This document shows positions 1-9,493 of a stretch of 38,658 nucleotides of DNA, piece by piece. The notes under the pieces were generated by a model that worked only from the letters and a program-made list of their open reading frames with translations, did not search any database and was not told the DNA's origin. The position numbers were made by a program, and so were the translations under genes. Position 1 is the first letter of the stretch; each line of letters begins with the position of its first letter. The stretch is from a virus: the UHGV virus genome UHGV-0206453; one strand, written 5' to 3'.

Positions 1-49
1 TTGCTCCGTGTATTCACTCGTTGGAATGAATACACAGTGCTTATTCGTA

Positions 50-520
50 CTAATAAAATACCCAATTTTCTGTTTCTTGGTTGTGTCCAAAGTTATATTC
101 AATATCTGGTGTTGATGTATCAATATTTTTCATCCCATCAACAAGAGTTGATACAACAGCCAAATCTTGTTTTATTCTCATTAAATGGTATTTCTTCCGG
201 CGCAATAAACTTTCAATGGCAAGTTTCTTCGTTGGGAATGCAAAAGATCTTTCTGCATTTTTTGCTACTTTCTTAATTGCATATCTATTTCTCTTTTGTT
301 TCCATTCCTGTAACCACTGATTTGGTGCTGGTTTAAAATTAACAATCCAATGCGCAGGAACCAACCATGCATAATGCTCTGTCTGATGAAAAGCTATATA
401 TTGAAGTGCGAATATTTTGATTCCATCTTCTTCAACTGTCGCCTGGAATCTCCAGAAAACAGGCATTCCATCATGTTCAGTTTCTGATTCAGGAAAAGGT
501 ACGCTCCATGATTTTGTCAT
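50..520 (-). CDS. hypothetical protein (156 aa), translationally coupled to N; 3' two-thirds of gene strongly AT-rich
   Basis: ORF track 50..520; ATG 8 nt after N stop, preceded by GGTGAG; no family recognised; sits where lambda/P22 carry ral/sieB-type accessory genes. Confidence 0.55.
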   Translation of the reverse strand: MTKSWSVPFPESETEHDGMPVFWRFQATVEEDGIKIFALQYIAFHQTEHYAWLVPAHWIVNFKPAPNQWLQEWKQKRNRYAIKKVAKNAERSFAFPTKKLAIESLLRRKKYHLMRIKQDLAVVSTLVDGMKNIDTSTPDIEYNFGHNQETENWVFY

Positions 521-528
521 ATCTCACC

Positions 529-855
529 TCAAATAAGTGGTTTGCTGCCTAATTTCATTTTCTGGCGACCAACACAAGTCACACCCATTTCACTGCGTGG
601 CTTGCTGTACCATGTGCGCTGATTCTTGCGCTCAATACGTTGCAGGTTGCTTTCAATCTGTTCGTGGTATTCAGCCAGCACCGTAAGGTCTATCGGATTC
701 AGTGCGCTTTCTACTCGTGATTTCGGTTTGCGATTCAGCGAGAGAATAGGGCGGTTAACTGGTTTTGCGCTTACTCCAACCAACAGGGGATTTGCTGCTT
801 TCCATTGAGCCTGTTTCTCTGCGCGACGTTCGCGGCGGCGTGTTTGTGCATCCAT
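529..855 (-). CDS. N: antitermination protein N
   Basis: Internal ATG of ORF 529..987 with AGGAG RBS; protein MDAQTRRRERRAEKQAQWKAANPLL... matches lambda N (arginine-rich motif) nearly residue for residue. Confidence 0.9.
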   Translation of the reverse strand: MDAQTRRRERRAEKQAQWKAANPLLVGVSAKPVNRPILSLNRKPKSRVESALNPIDLTVLAEYHEQIESNLQRIERKNQRTWYSKPRSEMGVTCVGRQKMKLGSKPLI

Positions 856-1012
856 CTGGATTCTCCTGTCAGTTAGCTTTGGTTGTGTGTGGGAGTCGTA
901 GTCCTGAACGAAAACACCCCGCAATGGCACATTGGCAGCTAATCCGGATTCGCACTTCCGGCCAATGCTTCGTTTCGTATCACACACACCAAAGCCTTCT
1001 GCTTTGAATGCC

Positions 1013-1043
1013 GCCCTTCTTCAGGGCTTAATTTTTAAGAGCG
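1013..1043 (-). promoter_or_regulatory. nutL (boxA CGCTCTTA, boxB GCCCTGAAGAAGGGC hairpin)
   Basis: Minus-strand reading gives CGCTCTTAAAAATTAAGCCCTGAAGAAGGGC between pL and N, as in lambda. Confidence 0.75.
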
Positions 1044-1081
1044 TCACCTTCATGGTGGTCAGTGCGTCCTGCTGATGTGCT

Positions 1082-1144
1082 TAGTATCACCGCCAGTGGT
1101 ATTTATGTCAACACCGCCAGAGATAATTTATCACCGCAGATGGT
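1082..1144 (-). promoter_or_regulatory. pL promoter with operators oL1, oL2, oL3
   Basis: Three 17-bp lambda-type operator sites TATCACCGCCAGTGGTA, CAACACCGCCAGAGATA, TATCACCGCAGATGGTT; minus-strand -35 TTGACA and -10 GATACT. Confidence 0.85.
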
Positions 1145-1294
1145 TATCTGCATGTTTTTTATATAGATTTATTTTTTGCAGGGTTGTGTGGATTGGGAAG
1201 GTGATCGAGAGATCTGAATTGCGATGTTTAGTGAGTTGTATCTATTAATTTTGAAATAAATACAATTGGTTATGCGTTTTTTGGGGGGCGTTAG

Positions 1295-1323
1295 GCAAAG
1301 AAAACCCGGCGCTGAGGCCGGGG
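1295..1323 (-). terminator. rho-independent terminator downstream of the rex-position gene
   Basis: Minus-strand hairpin CCCGGC-ctcagc-GCCGGG followed by TTTTCTTTG, 9 nt after stop of CDS 1332..2267. Confidence 0.5.
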
Positions 1324-1331
1324 CAATAAAG

Positions 1332-2267
1332 TTATTCTGCGTCAATATCTTCTACGGTTAGTAGAGGGTGTACCTTATCAAGCAATTGGATGAAATCTTC
1401 ATAAGTATCGCTTGCTTGCATGAGTGTTGTTACCCCTGTAAGTCTCTTTTGAAGAAGACCATATCCAGTTCCCTCTGATAGAAACTGATGCATTTTTGCA
1501 CCTGCCTTTTTTGCTTTTGCTCTTTCTTCCTTTAGCGCATTTCTTAGCTCTGGTGCCATGCGGTCATAAGTTATGTTATTCACAAGATGACCAAAGTATT
1601 GCGGTCTCCGCATGTTTGCTTTGAATGGGACTCCTCTGAGTCTACATAACTCCTCAAAGAATTCTGGCGGATATGTGCTTACCCATGGTCGCATTTCTTT
1701 AGCGATGAATTGCTCAAGGAGTTTTGCCAGTTCATCGCGCTCTCGTTCTTTTTGGTATCCAGTCGCTTCATCAACGAGCGCAACGGCGCCAACTCTAGCT
1801 AGAGCTTTATAGAGCGCTTTGGCTTTTGCAGCTGTATTCAAGTGATGCTTTTGTCGTAGGGCTCCATCCCTCTCAGCATCTGTCCATGCCTCGCAAAGCG
1901 CTGGTAGCATAGTAACGTCAATGCCATAAGCGACACCTGCACCTGATGTATTTTTATATACAATTGGTTCTGCTAGCGCTTCTCTTAGTTCATCGGAAAT
2001 ATATGGCTGAAGCTCATTTGCTTGGAGAACATATGGTAATTGACCTGGCTTCCCATTTGGGACCCATCTTGGCATTTTTGAGCCAACAGATACACCGAAT
2101 GTTTCTGCCAATCCATTTGCACCTTGCATTGAAACCACTCTGCGACCATCAGGCAAAACAGCACAAGAAACACCTGTCGCCATTAATCCTGTGTGAGTTG
2201 GCTTTGGAGCTGATCTAACGATTGCTGACATTGCTGCTGCTTTTTGAGCTCGTTTTTTAGTATCCAT
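1332..2267 (-). CDS. hypothetical 311-aa protein in rexAB-equivalent position (candidate superinfection-exclusion/abortive-infection protein; possibly P63C-like)
   Basis: Internal ATG of ORF 1332..2324 preceded by GGGGGA; not RexA/RexB; flanked by own AT-rich upstream region and terminators; family assignment from memory only. Confidence 0.7.
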   Translation of the reverse strand: MDTKKRAQKAAAMSAIVRSAPKPTHTGLMATGVSCAVLPDGRRVVSMQGANGLAETFGVSVGSKMPRWVPNGKPGQLPYVLQANELQPYISDELREALAEPIVYKNTSGAGVAYGIDVTMLPALCEAWTDAERDGALRQKHHLNTAAKAKALYKALARVGAVALVDEATGYQKERERDELAKLLEQFIAKEMRPWVSTYPPEFFEELCRLRGVPFKANMRRPQYFGHLVNNITYDRMAPELRNALKEERAKAKKAGAKMHQFLSEGTGYGLLQKRLTGVTTLMQASDTYEDFIQLLDKVHPLLTVEDIDAE

Positions 2268-2479
2268 AAATCCCCCATATGCTTGGTTATGGTGATGATA
2301 GCTTATTTCAAATAAGCAGGGCAATGATAGCTAAATCATCAATTAGCTACAAAATGCATCATTTTTATTTATCTCATTGATATGTATATATTTATCGATA
2401 AAATATTTTTAGCTATTCTGTGATTAAGCTAAATATCAATGCTAATTAATGCGTTAGCACAATGTGTGGATCACTACCA

Positions 2480-2506
2480 ATAAAAAAGGCCGCACTTCTG
2501 CGGCCT
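2480..2506 (-). terminator. rho-independent terminator immediately after cI
   Basis: Minus-strand GGCCGCA-gaagt-GCGGCC hairpin followed by TTTTTTATT, directly after cI stop. Confidence 0.6.
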
Positions 2507-2510
2507 TTCA

Positions 2511-3227
<717 letters not shown>

Positions 3228-3233
3228 TTAAAT

Positions 3234-3299
3234 CTATCACCGCAAGGGATAAATATCTAACACCGTGCGTGTTGACTATTTTACCTCTAGCGGTGATAA
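3234..3299. promoter_or_regulatory. oR3-oR2-oR1 operators with divergent pRM and pR promoters
   Basis: TATCACCGCAAGGGATA, TAACACCGTGCGTGTTG, TACCTCTAGCGGTGATA; pR -35 TTGACT and -10 GATAAT; GGAGG RBS before cro. Confidence 0.85.
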
Positions 3300-3315
3300 T
3301 AGTTGCATGTACTAA

Positions 3316-3525
<210 letters not shown>

Positions 3526-3532
3526 ATAACCC

Positions 3533-3563
3533 CGCTCTTACACATTCCAGCCCTGAAAAAGGG
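3533..3563 (+). promoter_or_regulatory. nutR (boxA CGCTCTTA, boxB GCCCTGAAAAAGGGC)
   Basis: Canonical lambda nutR boxA/boxB directly after cro stop. Confidence 0.75.
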
Positions 3564-3643
3564 CATCAAATTAAACCACACCTATGGTGTATGCATTTAT
3601 TTGCATACATTCAATCAATTGTTATCTAAGGAAATACTTACAT

Positions 3644-3937
3644 ATGGTTCGTGCAAACAAACGCAACGAGGCTCTACGAATCGAGAGTGCGTTGCTTAAC
3701 AAAATCGCAATGCTTGGAACTGAGAAGACAGCGGAAGCTGTGGGAGTTGATAAGTCGCAGATCAGCAGGTGGAAGAGGGATTGGATTCCAAAGTTCTCAA
3801 TGCTGCTTGCTGTTCTTGAATGGGGCGTCGTCGACGACGATATGGCTCGATTGGCACGACAAGTTGCTTCGATTCTCACCAATAAAAAACGCCCGGCGGC
3901 AACCGAGCGTTCTGATCAAATACAAATGGAATTTTAA
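3644..3937 (+). CDS. cII: cII transcriptional activator
   Basis: Internal ATG of ORF 3584..3937; MVRANKRNEALRIESALLNKIAMLGTEKTAEAVGVDKSQISRWKRDW... matches lambda cII. Confidence 0.95.
   Translation: MVRANKRNEALRIESALLNKIAMLGTEKTAEAVGVDKSQISRWKRDWIPKFSMLLAVLEWGVVDDDMARLARQVASILTNKKRPAATERSDQIQMEF
3652..3665 (-). promoter_or_regulatory. pRE cII-binding motif TTGC-N6-TTGC
   Basis: Plus-strand GCAAACAAACGCAA inside cII codons 3-7 equals minus-strand TTGCGTTTGTTTGC, as at lambda pRE. Confidence 0.55.
3881..3909 (-). terminator. oop-type antisense RNA terminator inside 3' end of cII
   Basis: Minus-strand GC-rich hairpin (CGCTCGGTTGCCGCCGGGCG) followed by TTTTTTATT, as in lambda oop; the oop promoter side has diverged. 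Confidence 0.5.
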
Positions 3938-3959
3938 CAACATCCAACGAGGTAATTAT

Positions 3960-4232
3960 ATGCGAAACAAAGGCTTTAATCCACCTGATACACACAAAGA
4001 AGTTAAGCGTTTGCGCTTCCTTCGTTCCATTGATGAAAGAACTCAAATCTCTTTTGTGAAAGTTGCCAGAACTGAGCTTCTGAAGGCTGAGGCGAGGGCG
4101 TTGCTCCCGTCTCTACCAAAAGAGGAGGGATATACGTTCATTCCAAACGCATTTCTGGAAAAGCTGCTCAAAGAAGACATATCCGTAAGTCAGTTTAACG
4201 ATGTTCTTAAGGTCTTTCGTCAAGGCAGGTAG
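3960..4232 (+). CDS. hypothetical protein (90 aa) between cII and replication initiator
   Basis: Internal ATG of ORF 3651..4232 preceded by GAGG; lambda homology ends just after cII. Confidence 0.55.
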   Translation: MRNKGFNPPDTHKEVKRLRFLRSIDERTQISFVKVARTELLKAEARALLPSLPKEEGYTFIPNAFLEKLLKEDISVSQFNDVLKVFRQGR

Positions 4233-4234
4233 TT

Positions 4235-5182
4235 ATGAGCAATACAGCAAAAATCTACGATTTCAGCGCCGCACACGAGCGCAGGAGCAACAGGATGGAG
4301 AACCAGAAAACTGGTTACATTCCGTTGTACCGGAGCATTCTGAAACAGTCATGGGCGAAAGATGTTTATCTTCGCACCCTGTGGGAAAACCTTCTCCTGA
4401 ATGCCGCCAGAAAGCCATACAAAGCGAATTTCAAAGGTCATGAATGGCATCTGCAACCCGGTCAACTGGTTGTGACAGCAGCTGATTTAGGTCTTCAGTT
4501 ATGCGACAGGCATGGCAAGCCAGCAAGCCGCGATCAGGTTGAGCGGATGCTTCAGGTTTTTGTGAAAGAGGGGATGATCACCATTGATGGAGAGAAGCAA
4601 AAAGGTCGTGTGATCACCATCACAAATTACCATGAATATGCTCAAAAAATGGACAATTCACCCGCACATGAAGCCGCACAAACAACCGCACATGACGCCG
4701 CACATGACGAAGCCAGTAATGGCGCGGCTTTCAGCGTACATGCCGCACATGAAAGCGCACATGAAGCCGCACAAACAACCGCACATCATGAACAAGAAGG
4801 TATTAACAAGAATATAAATAATACCCCCCTACCCCCCAATGGGGGAGGCGATGGGCAGGTTAAACCTGAACGTCGCAAGGCAGAACGAATCGATTACGAA
4901 TCCTTCCTGAACGCCTACAACACCGAAGTCGGTGACAGACTTCCACACGCTGTTGCGGTCAACGAGAAACGCAAACGCCGCCTGAAGAAAATCATCCCGC
5001 AACTGAAAACGCCAAACGTGGACGGTTTCAGAGCGTATGTCAGGGCGTTTGTGCATCAGGCCAAGCCGTTTTACTTCGGAGACAACGACACGGGCTGGAC
5101 GGCAGATTTTGATTACCTGCTGAGGGAAGATTCGTTAACGGGAGTACGGGAAGGGAAGTTTGCAGACAGGGGGATTGCATGA
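4235..5182 (+). CDS. replication initiator, lambda O / P22 gp18 family, with internal origin repeats
   Basis: 315 aa; N-terminus [10 protein letters not shown] resembles lambda O MTNTAKILNF; central repeat-encoded [17 protein letters not shown] segment; followed by helicase gene. Confidence 0.8.
   Translation: MSNTAKIYDFSAAHERRSNRMENQKTGYIPLYRSILKQSWAKDVYLRTLWENLLLNAARKPYKANFKGHEWHLQPGQLVVTAADLGLQLCDRHGKPASRDQVERMLQVFVKEGMITIDGEKQKGRVITITNYHEYAQKMDNSPAHEAAQTTAHDAAHDEASNGAAFSVHAAHESAHEAAQTTAHHEQEGINKNINNTPLPPNGGGDGQVKPERRKAERIDYESFLNAYNTEVGDRLPHAVAVNEKRKRRLKKIIPQLKTPNVDGFRAYVRAFVHQAKPFYFGDNDTGWTADFDYLLREDSLTGVREGKFADRGIA
4662..4790. repeat. two clusters of four 12-bp iterons (CCGCACATGAnn) inside the initiator gene; putative replication origin
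   Basis: ccgcacatgaag/ccgcacaaacaa/ccgcacatgacg/ccgcacatgacg at about 4662-4709 and a similar set at about 4743-4790, followed by AT-rich stretch and C6/G6 inverted repeat. Confidence 0.7.
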
Positions 5183-6555
5183 GACAGGATATCGAAGCGA
5201 GCGTTATCGGTGGCCTGCTGATTGGTGGATTAACACCAACTGCCAGTGACGTTCTGGCAACGCTTGAGCCGGAAGCGTTTTCAATTCCGCTCTACCGGAA
5301 AGCCTTCGAGGTTATCCGCAAACAGGCGCGAAACAGAAACCTAATCGACGCGCTGATGGTTGCCGAGGCGTGCGGAGAGGAGCATTTCACGTCAATCCTG
5401 ATGACCAGCAAAAACTGCCCGAGTGCCGCAAACCTGAAGGGATATGCCGGAATGGTCGCGGATAACTATCACCGCCGTCTGGTGCTGGAAATCATGGATG
5501 AAATGCGTGAACCAATTCAGAGCGGAACCATCGACGCATCAAGTCAGGCGATGGATGAACTTGTAAAACGGCTCTCAGCCATCAGAAAGCCCCGTGACGA
5601 GGTTAAACCTGTACGGTTAGGGGAAATCATTACTGACTACACTGACACGCTTGACAGGCGTCTGAGGAACGGAGAAGAGTCAGATACCCTGAAGACCGGA
5701 ATCGAAGAACTTGATGCCATCACCGGAGGGATGAACGCGGAAGACCTGGTGATAATCGCTGCTCGTCCTGGTATGGGGAAAACCGAACTGGCGCTGAAGA
5801 TTGCCGAAGGCGTTGCAAGTCGCGTTATTCCTGGTTCTGACGTCCGGCGCGGAGTGTTGATTTTCTCGATGGAAATGAGCGCATTGCAGATTGCAGAGCG
5901 AAGTATTGCCAACGCCGGGAGGATGTCGGTTAGCGTGCTGCGAAATCCTGCATCGATGGATGACGAGGGCTGGGCACGTGTTGCTAACGGCATGAGTCAG
6001 CTTGCAGATTTGGATGTATGGGTAGTCGATGCCTCGCGGTTATCGGTCGAAGAAATACGCTCAATCGCAGAACGGCACAAACAGGAAAATCCAAACCTGT
6101 CACTCATCATGGCGGATTATCTTGGCCTGATTGAGAAGCCGAAAGCAGACCGCAACGACCTCGCAATTGCTCACATCTCAGGAAGCCTTAAGGCGATGGC
6201 GAAAGACCTGAAAACGCCTGTTATCTCCCTGAGTCAGCTTTCGCGCGATGTTGAGAAGCGACCAAACAAACGCCCGACAAACGCAGATTTGCGTGATTCA
6301 GGAAGCATTGAACAGGACGCAGACTCAATCATCATGCTCTATCGGGAAGCAGTATATGACGAGAACAGTAGCGCCGCACCATTTGCTGAAATCATTGTGA
6401 CGAAAAACCGTTTTGGCTCGCTTGGTACGGTTTACCAGCGGTTCTGTAACGGACACTTTGTTGCATGTGACCAGGATGAAGCCAGACAGATTTGCACAGC
6501 ATCAAATGCACCTGCTGCGCGTGGCAGACGATATGCACAAGGGGCTGACGTATGA
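5179..6555 (+). CDS. replicative DNA helicase, DnaB family (P22 gene 12-like)
   Basis: 458 aa; Walker A GMGKTE, DnaB C-terminal motifs; start overlaps initiator stop. Confidence 0.9.
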   Translation: MRQDIEASVIGGLLIGGLTPTASDVLATLEPEAFSIPLYRKAFEVIRKQARNRNLIDALMVAEACGEEHFTSILMTSKNCPSAANLKGYAGMVADNYHRRLVLEIMDEMREPIQSGTIDASSQAMDELVKRLSAIRKPRDEVKPVRLGEIITDYTDTLDRRLRNGEESDTLKTGIEELDAITGGMNAEDLVIIAARPGMGKTELALKIAEGVASRVIPGSDVRRGVLIFSMEMSALQIAERSIANAGRMSVSVLRNPASMDDEGWARVANGMSQLADLDVWVVDASRLSVEEIRSIAERHKQENPNLSLIMADYLGLIEKPKADRNDLAIAHISGSLKAMAKDLKTPVISLSQLSRDVEKRPNKRPTNADLRDSGSIEQDADSIIMLYREAVYDENSSAAPFAEIIVTKNRFGSLGTVYQRFCNGHFVACDQDEARQICTASNAPAARGRRYAQGADV

Positions 6556-6580
6556 CCATCTACATCACTGAGCTAATAAC

Positions 6581-6611
6581 AGGCCTGCTGGTAATCGCAG
6601 GCCTTTTTATT
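6581..6611 (+). terminator. rho-independent terminator after replication genes
   Basis: AGGCCTGC-tggtaatc-GCAGGCCT hairpin followed by TTTTTATTT. Confidence 0.6.
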
Positions 6612-6657
6612 TGCATCAGAAACAGAGTGAAGTGAGAGCATGAGTAACAGCTAATAT

Positions 6658-6828
6658 ATGTTTTACGCAATCATCGACGATGAAGATGGGCTTGTTTCAG
6701 TAGCGCATGAAAAATACGGTGAAGTTAAGGCGGTATTCCGCACTAAAGAGGATGCTCAGAGAGCTATTGATTTACAAGATGATGAGAACGGTCTCCGCAT
6801 AAGAAAATGTGAAATCGTACAGGCCTAA
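6658..6828 (+). CDS. hypothetical small acidic protein (56 aa)
   Basis: ATG..TAA ORF below track cutoff found by hand translation (MFYAIIDDEDGLVSVAHEKYGEVKAV...); weak RBS. Confidence 0.35.
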   Translation: MFYAIIDDEDGLVSVAHEKYGEVKAVFRTKEDAQRAIDLQDDENGLRIRKCEIVQA

Positions 6829-6853
6829 CACCCCAGCACACTAATGGAGAGAA

Positions 6854-7054
6854 ATGATGACAACGATTGGTGTTCTTTACGACGGGTGGACAAAAGAACG
6901 ATTAAGACGTCATTACAAGATGGCAAAAGTTATCCGCAACAAGCCCTATCGCAATGACTATCGAAAGGTGATGGCAAATAACATGCAGAAGAATATCGAC
7001 AGGATATTCCCGCGCGGAAAGGCTGTGTGGCGCTTACTTAAAAATGAGTGGTGA
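6854..7054 (+). CDS. hypothetical protein (66 aa)
   Basis: ORF track; GGAGAG RBS upstream. Confidence 0.5.
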   Translation: MMTTIGVLYDGWTKERLRRHYKMAKVIRNKPYRNDYRKVMANNMQKNIDRIFPRGKAVWRLLKNEW

Positions 7055-7356
7055 TGGAGAGGAATATGGACGAATCAAGAAAGCAGTTTGAAGAAAGTTG
7101 GTTGCGACGTGGAGGCGAATCTTCAGACCTTATCCGTTACCCTGAAAATCACCATGAAATTGGCAGCGGTAATATTGGTGGTCAATACGTGATTGACGAT
7201 GTTCAAGGCCACTGGCAAACGTGGCAGGCATCGCGAGCAGCTATCGAGATTGAGCTTCCTGAAAGCTTTACCATGCATAGTGGGCGAACCCCATATCTGT
7301 ATGTAAGCGAGGTGCAGAGCGCCATCCGCGCTGCTGGAGTCAAAGTGAAGGAGTGA
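7054..7356 (+). CDS. hypothetical protein (about 100 aa)
   Basis: ATG overlapping upstream TGA (TGATG coupling) within ORF 7048..7356. Confidence 0.5.
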   Translation: MERNMDESRKQFEESWLRRGGESSDLIRYPENHHEIGSGNIGGQYVIDDVQGHWQTWQASRAAIEIELPESFTMHSGRTPYLYVSEVQSAIRAAGVKVKE

Positions 7357-7358
7357 CG

Positions 7359-7769
7359 ATGAAGCAAACAATCTTCCTCCGAACTAAGCAACAACAGCAA
7401 GCCGCAATCAACGCCATCCTCGCAACACCACTCGATAAAGACAAGCCAGTCACCATCCGCATTACTGACTACAAGCGCAACCTTGACCAGAACGCAAAAT
7501 TTCACGCGATGCTGGCGGATATCGCTCGTCAGGTTCAATGGTGCGATAAATGGCTAAAACCAGAACAATGGAAGGTTTTGTTGATCAGCGGTCATGCAGT
7601 GGCAACAAAACAGGAAGCTGATGTTTTGCCCGGCCTTGAAGGCGAATACGTCAACATTCGCGAAAGCAGCGCGCAGATGAGTGTGAAGCGTATGGCAAGT
7701 CTAATTGAGTACACGACAGCATGGGCTATTGGTCAGGGTGTCAGATTTACCGACAGGAGGTACGAATGA
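7359..7769 (+). CDS. ninB: NinB (Orf-family recombination mediator)
   Basis: GGAG RBS then ATG; [21 protein letters not shown]...[22 protein letters not shown] resembles lambda NinB. Confidence 0.85.
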   Translation: MKQTIFLRTKQQQQAAINAILATPLDKDKPVTIRITDYKRNLDQNAKFHAMLADIARQVQWCDKWLKPEQWKVLLISGHAVATKQEADVLPGLEGEYVNIRESSAQMSVKRMASLIEYTTAWAIGQGVRFTDRRYE

Positions 7770-7942
7770 GACGACAGCGACGAAGTATCACCGACATAAT
7801 CTGCGAAAACTGCAAATACCTCCCAACGAAACGCTCCAGAAATAAACGCAAGCCAATCCCAAAAGAATCTGACGTAAAAACCTTCAACCACACGGCTCAC
7901 CTGTGGGATATCCGGTGGCTAAGACATCGTGCGAGGAAATGA
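7766..7942 (+). CDS. ninE: NinE
   Basis: Internal ATG of ORF 7721..7942 with AGGAGG RBS; [32 protein letters not shown]... matches lambda NinE. Confidence 0.75.
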   Translation: MRRQRRSITDIICENCKYLPTKRSRNKRKPIPKESDVKTFNHTAHLWDIRWLRHRARK

Positions 7943-7944
7943 CA

Positions 7945-8292
7945 ATGGATTATTCACAGTTAAGTGATTTTGAAATTAACAAGAGAGTATTTAAAGCGAT
8001 AGTAGGAGCAAAACCATTAGGTTATCCGCACAACGCAGATGGACGGTCTGTCGGCAATGAATCAAATGGTAATTATCGATGGTACGACTACTGCAATAAT
8101 CCTGAAGATGCAGAGCCGATTATCGTAGAGAACAGAATTGGCATTATTCCAGCGCCAGAAAATGGATTATGGAAGGCAGCGCATAGAAAAGTTGGCAGTG
8201 ATAGTACCCCATATCATATGACTCAAGATGAAAACCCTCTCCGCGCCGCCATGATTGTCTTTCTCATGATGCAGGACGCCAATAATGCTTAG
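7945..8292 (+). CDS. hypothetical nin-region protein (about 115 aa)
   Basis: Internal ATG of ORF 7903..8292, GAGG 8 nt upstream. Confidence 0.55.
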   Translation: MDYSQLSDFEINKRVFKAIVGAKPLGYPHNADGRSVGNESNGNYRWYDYCNNPEDAEPIIVENRIGIIPAPENGLWKAAHRKVGSDSTPYHMTQDENPLRAAMIVFLMMQDANNA

Positions 8293-8461
8293 CCCATCCC
8301 AATCCCTTCAATACCAGAAAGAAAGCGTCGAGCGAGCTTTAACGTGCGCTAACTGCGGTCAGAAGCTGCATGTGCTGGAAGTTCACGTGTGTGAGCACTG
8401 CTGCGCAGAACTGATGAGCGATCCGAATAGCTCAATGTACGAGGAAGAAGACGATGAGTGA
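8285..8461 (+). CDS. ninF: NinF (Cys-rich small protein)
   Basis: Hand-translated 58-aa ORF MLSPSQSLQYQKESVERALTCANCGQKLHVLEVHVCEHCCAELMSDPNSS... matches lambda NinF. Confidence 0.7.
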   Translation: MLSPSQSLQYQKESVERALTCANCGQKLHVLEVHVCEHCCAELMSDPNSSMYEEEDDE

Positions 8462-8666
8462 TTACCTGAAATGGTATCTCTGCCACCGCTGGTTAATTAA
8501 GTTTGCTGTAAAAGACTGGATGACAGCGGATGCCAACAAGCTTAAACAACGAAAGGACTATTACTATGCCAGAATGAAGGAAAACTACTGCTCAATTCGC
8601 ACTCGCATATTTATTAAAAAAGACCTTCAGTCAATTCTTCAATTGCGAGGGAAGGTAAATGGCTAA
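8454..8666 (+). CDS. hypothetical protein (70 aa)
   Basis: ORF track; ATG overlaps ninF 3' end. Confidence 0.45.
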   Translation: MSDYLKWYLCHRWLIKFAVKDWMTADANKLKQRKDYYYARMKENYCSIRTRIFIKKDLQSILQLRGKVNG

Positions 8667-8949
8667 CCTACGCAAAGAAGCGCGCGGCAGAGAATGCCAG
8701 GTACGTATTTACGGTGTATGCAATGGCAATCCTGAAACTACAGTTCTGGCACATTACCGGATGGCTGGAATTTGCGGAACGGGAATGAAACCTGACGACC
8801 TGATCGGCGCATGGGCTTGTAGCGCGTGTCACGATGAAATCGACCGACGCACCCATAATCTCGACAACAAAGACGCCAGACTTTACCACCTCGAAGGCGT
8901 GATCAGGACGCAGGCGATACTGCTGAAGGAGGGGAAGATTAAGTCATGA
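8659..8949 (+). CDS. YbcO-like DUF1364 putative nuclease
   Basis: 96 aa; MANLRKEARGRECQVRIYGVCNGNPETTVLAHYR...ACSACHDEIDRRTH resembles E. coli DLP12 YbcO. Confidence 0.7.
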   Translation: MANLRKEARGRECQVRIYGVCNGNPETTVLAHYRMAGICGTGMKPDDLIGAWACSACHDEIDRRTHNLDNKDARLYHLEGVIRTQAILLKEGKIKS

Positions 8950-9308
8950 ACGAATATCAGTTTGTGCTTCCTTACCCGCCGTCGGTGAATACCTACTGGC
9001 GAAGACGGGGAAGCCAATACTACATCAGCGATAAAGGCCAGAAATACCGAAAAGACGTTCAGCAAATCATCCGCCAACTCAAGTTAGATATTTTCACCAA
9101 ATCACGACTCCGTATCAAAGTCATCGCAGACGTTCCAGACTCCCGCCGCCGCGACCTCGACAACATCCTGAAAGGTTTACTCGACTCCCTTATCCACGCC
9201 GGATTTGCGGAAGACGACGAGCAATTCGATGACATTCGCGTAATTCGTGGTGTGAAAGTACCAGGCGGACGGCTTGGAATAAAAATCACCGAACTGGAGG
9301 ACGTATGA
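8946..9308 (+). CDS. rusA: RusA Holliday-junction resolvase
   Basis: 120 aa; PYPPSVNTYWRRRG...DSRRRDLDNILKGLLDSL motifs typical of RusA. Confidence 0.9.
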   Translation: MNEYQFVLPYPPSVNTYWRRRGSQYYISDKGQKYRKDVQQIIRQLKLDIFTKSRLRIKVIADVPDSRRRDLDNILKGLLDSLIHAGFAEDDEQFDDIRVIRGVKVPGGRLGIKITELEDV

Positions 9309-9493
9309 ACGCCACAATTCAAACGATACCAGAGCTTCTTATCCAGACACGAGGCAATCAGACCGAAGTGGCGAGGATGCTTTCCTGCGCAAGAGGAACA
9401 GTGCTCAAGTACAACCGAGACAGCAAAGGTGAGCGTCACGTAATAGTTAACGGCGTCCTGATGGTCAAACAGGGCAAGAGGGGAAGACCATGA
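9305..9493 (+). CDS. ninH: NinH-like protein
   Basis: 62 aa; ...TIPELLIQTRGNQTEVARMLSCARGTVLKY... resembles lambda NinH. Confidence 0.7.
   Translation: MNATIQTIPELLIQTRGNQTEVARMLSCARGTVLKYNRDSKGERHVIVNGVLMVKQGKRGRP

Noticed and set aside
1-276. Plus-strand ORF (91 aa, TTG start) at the window start
   Set aside because: Overlaps the minus-strand gene 50..520 antisense, begins with a non-ATG codon at the window edge and has no RBS; treated as a shadow ORF.
3281-3310. Apparent single-base differences from canonical lambda oR1 (TACCTCTAGCGGTGATA vs TACCTCTGGCGGTGATA) and the pR -10/+1 spacer, reminiscent of virulence-type operator mutations
   Set aside because: The cI here is only about 95% identical to lambda, so natural divergence is the simpler explanation, and I cannot verify lambda base-for-base from memory; flagged only for alignment.
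3584-3643. N-terminal extension of cII suggested by the ORF track (MVYAFICIHSINCYLRKYLH...)
   Set aside because: The canonical cII start MVRANKR at 3644 matches lambda and contains the pRE TTGC-N6-TTGC site; the extension overlaps nutR/tR1.
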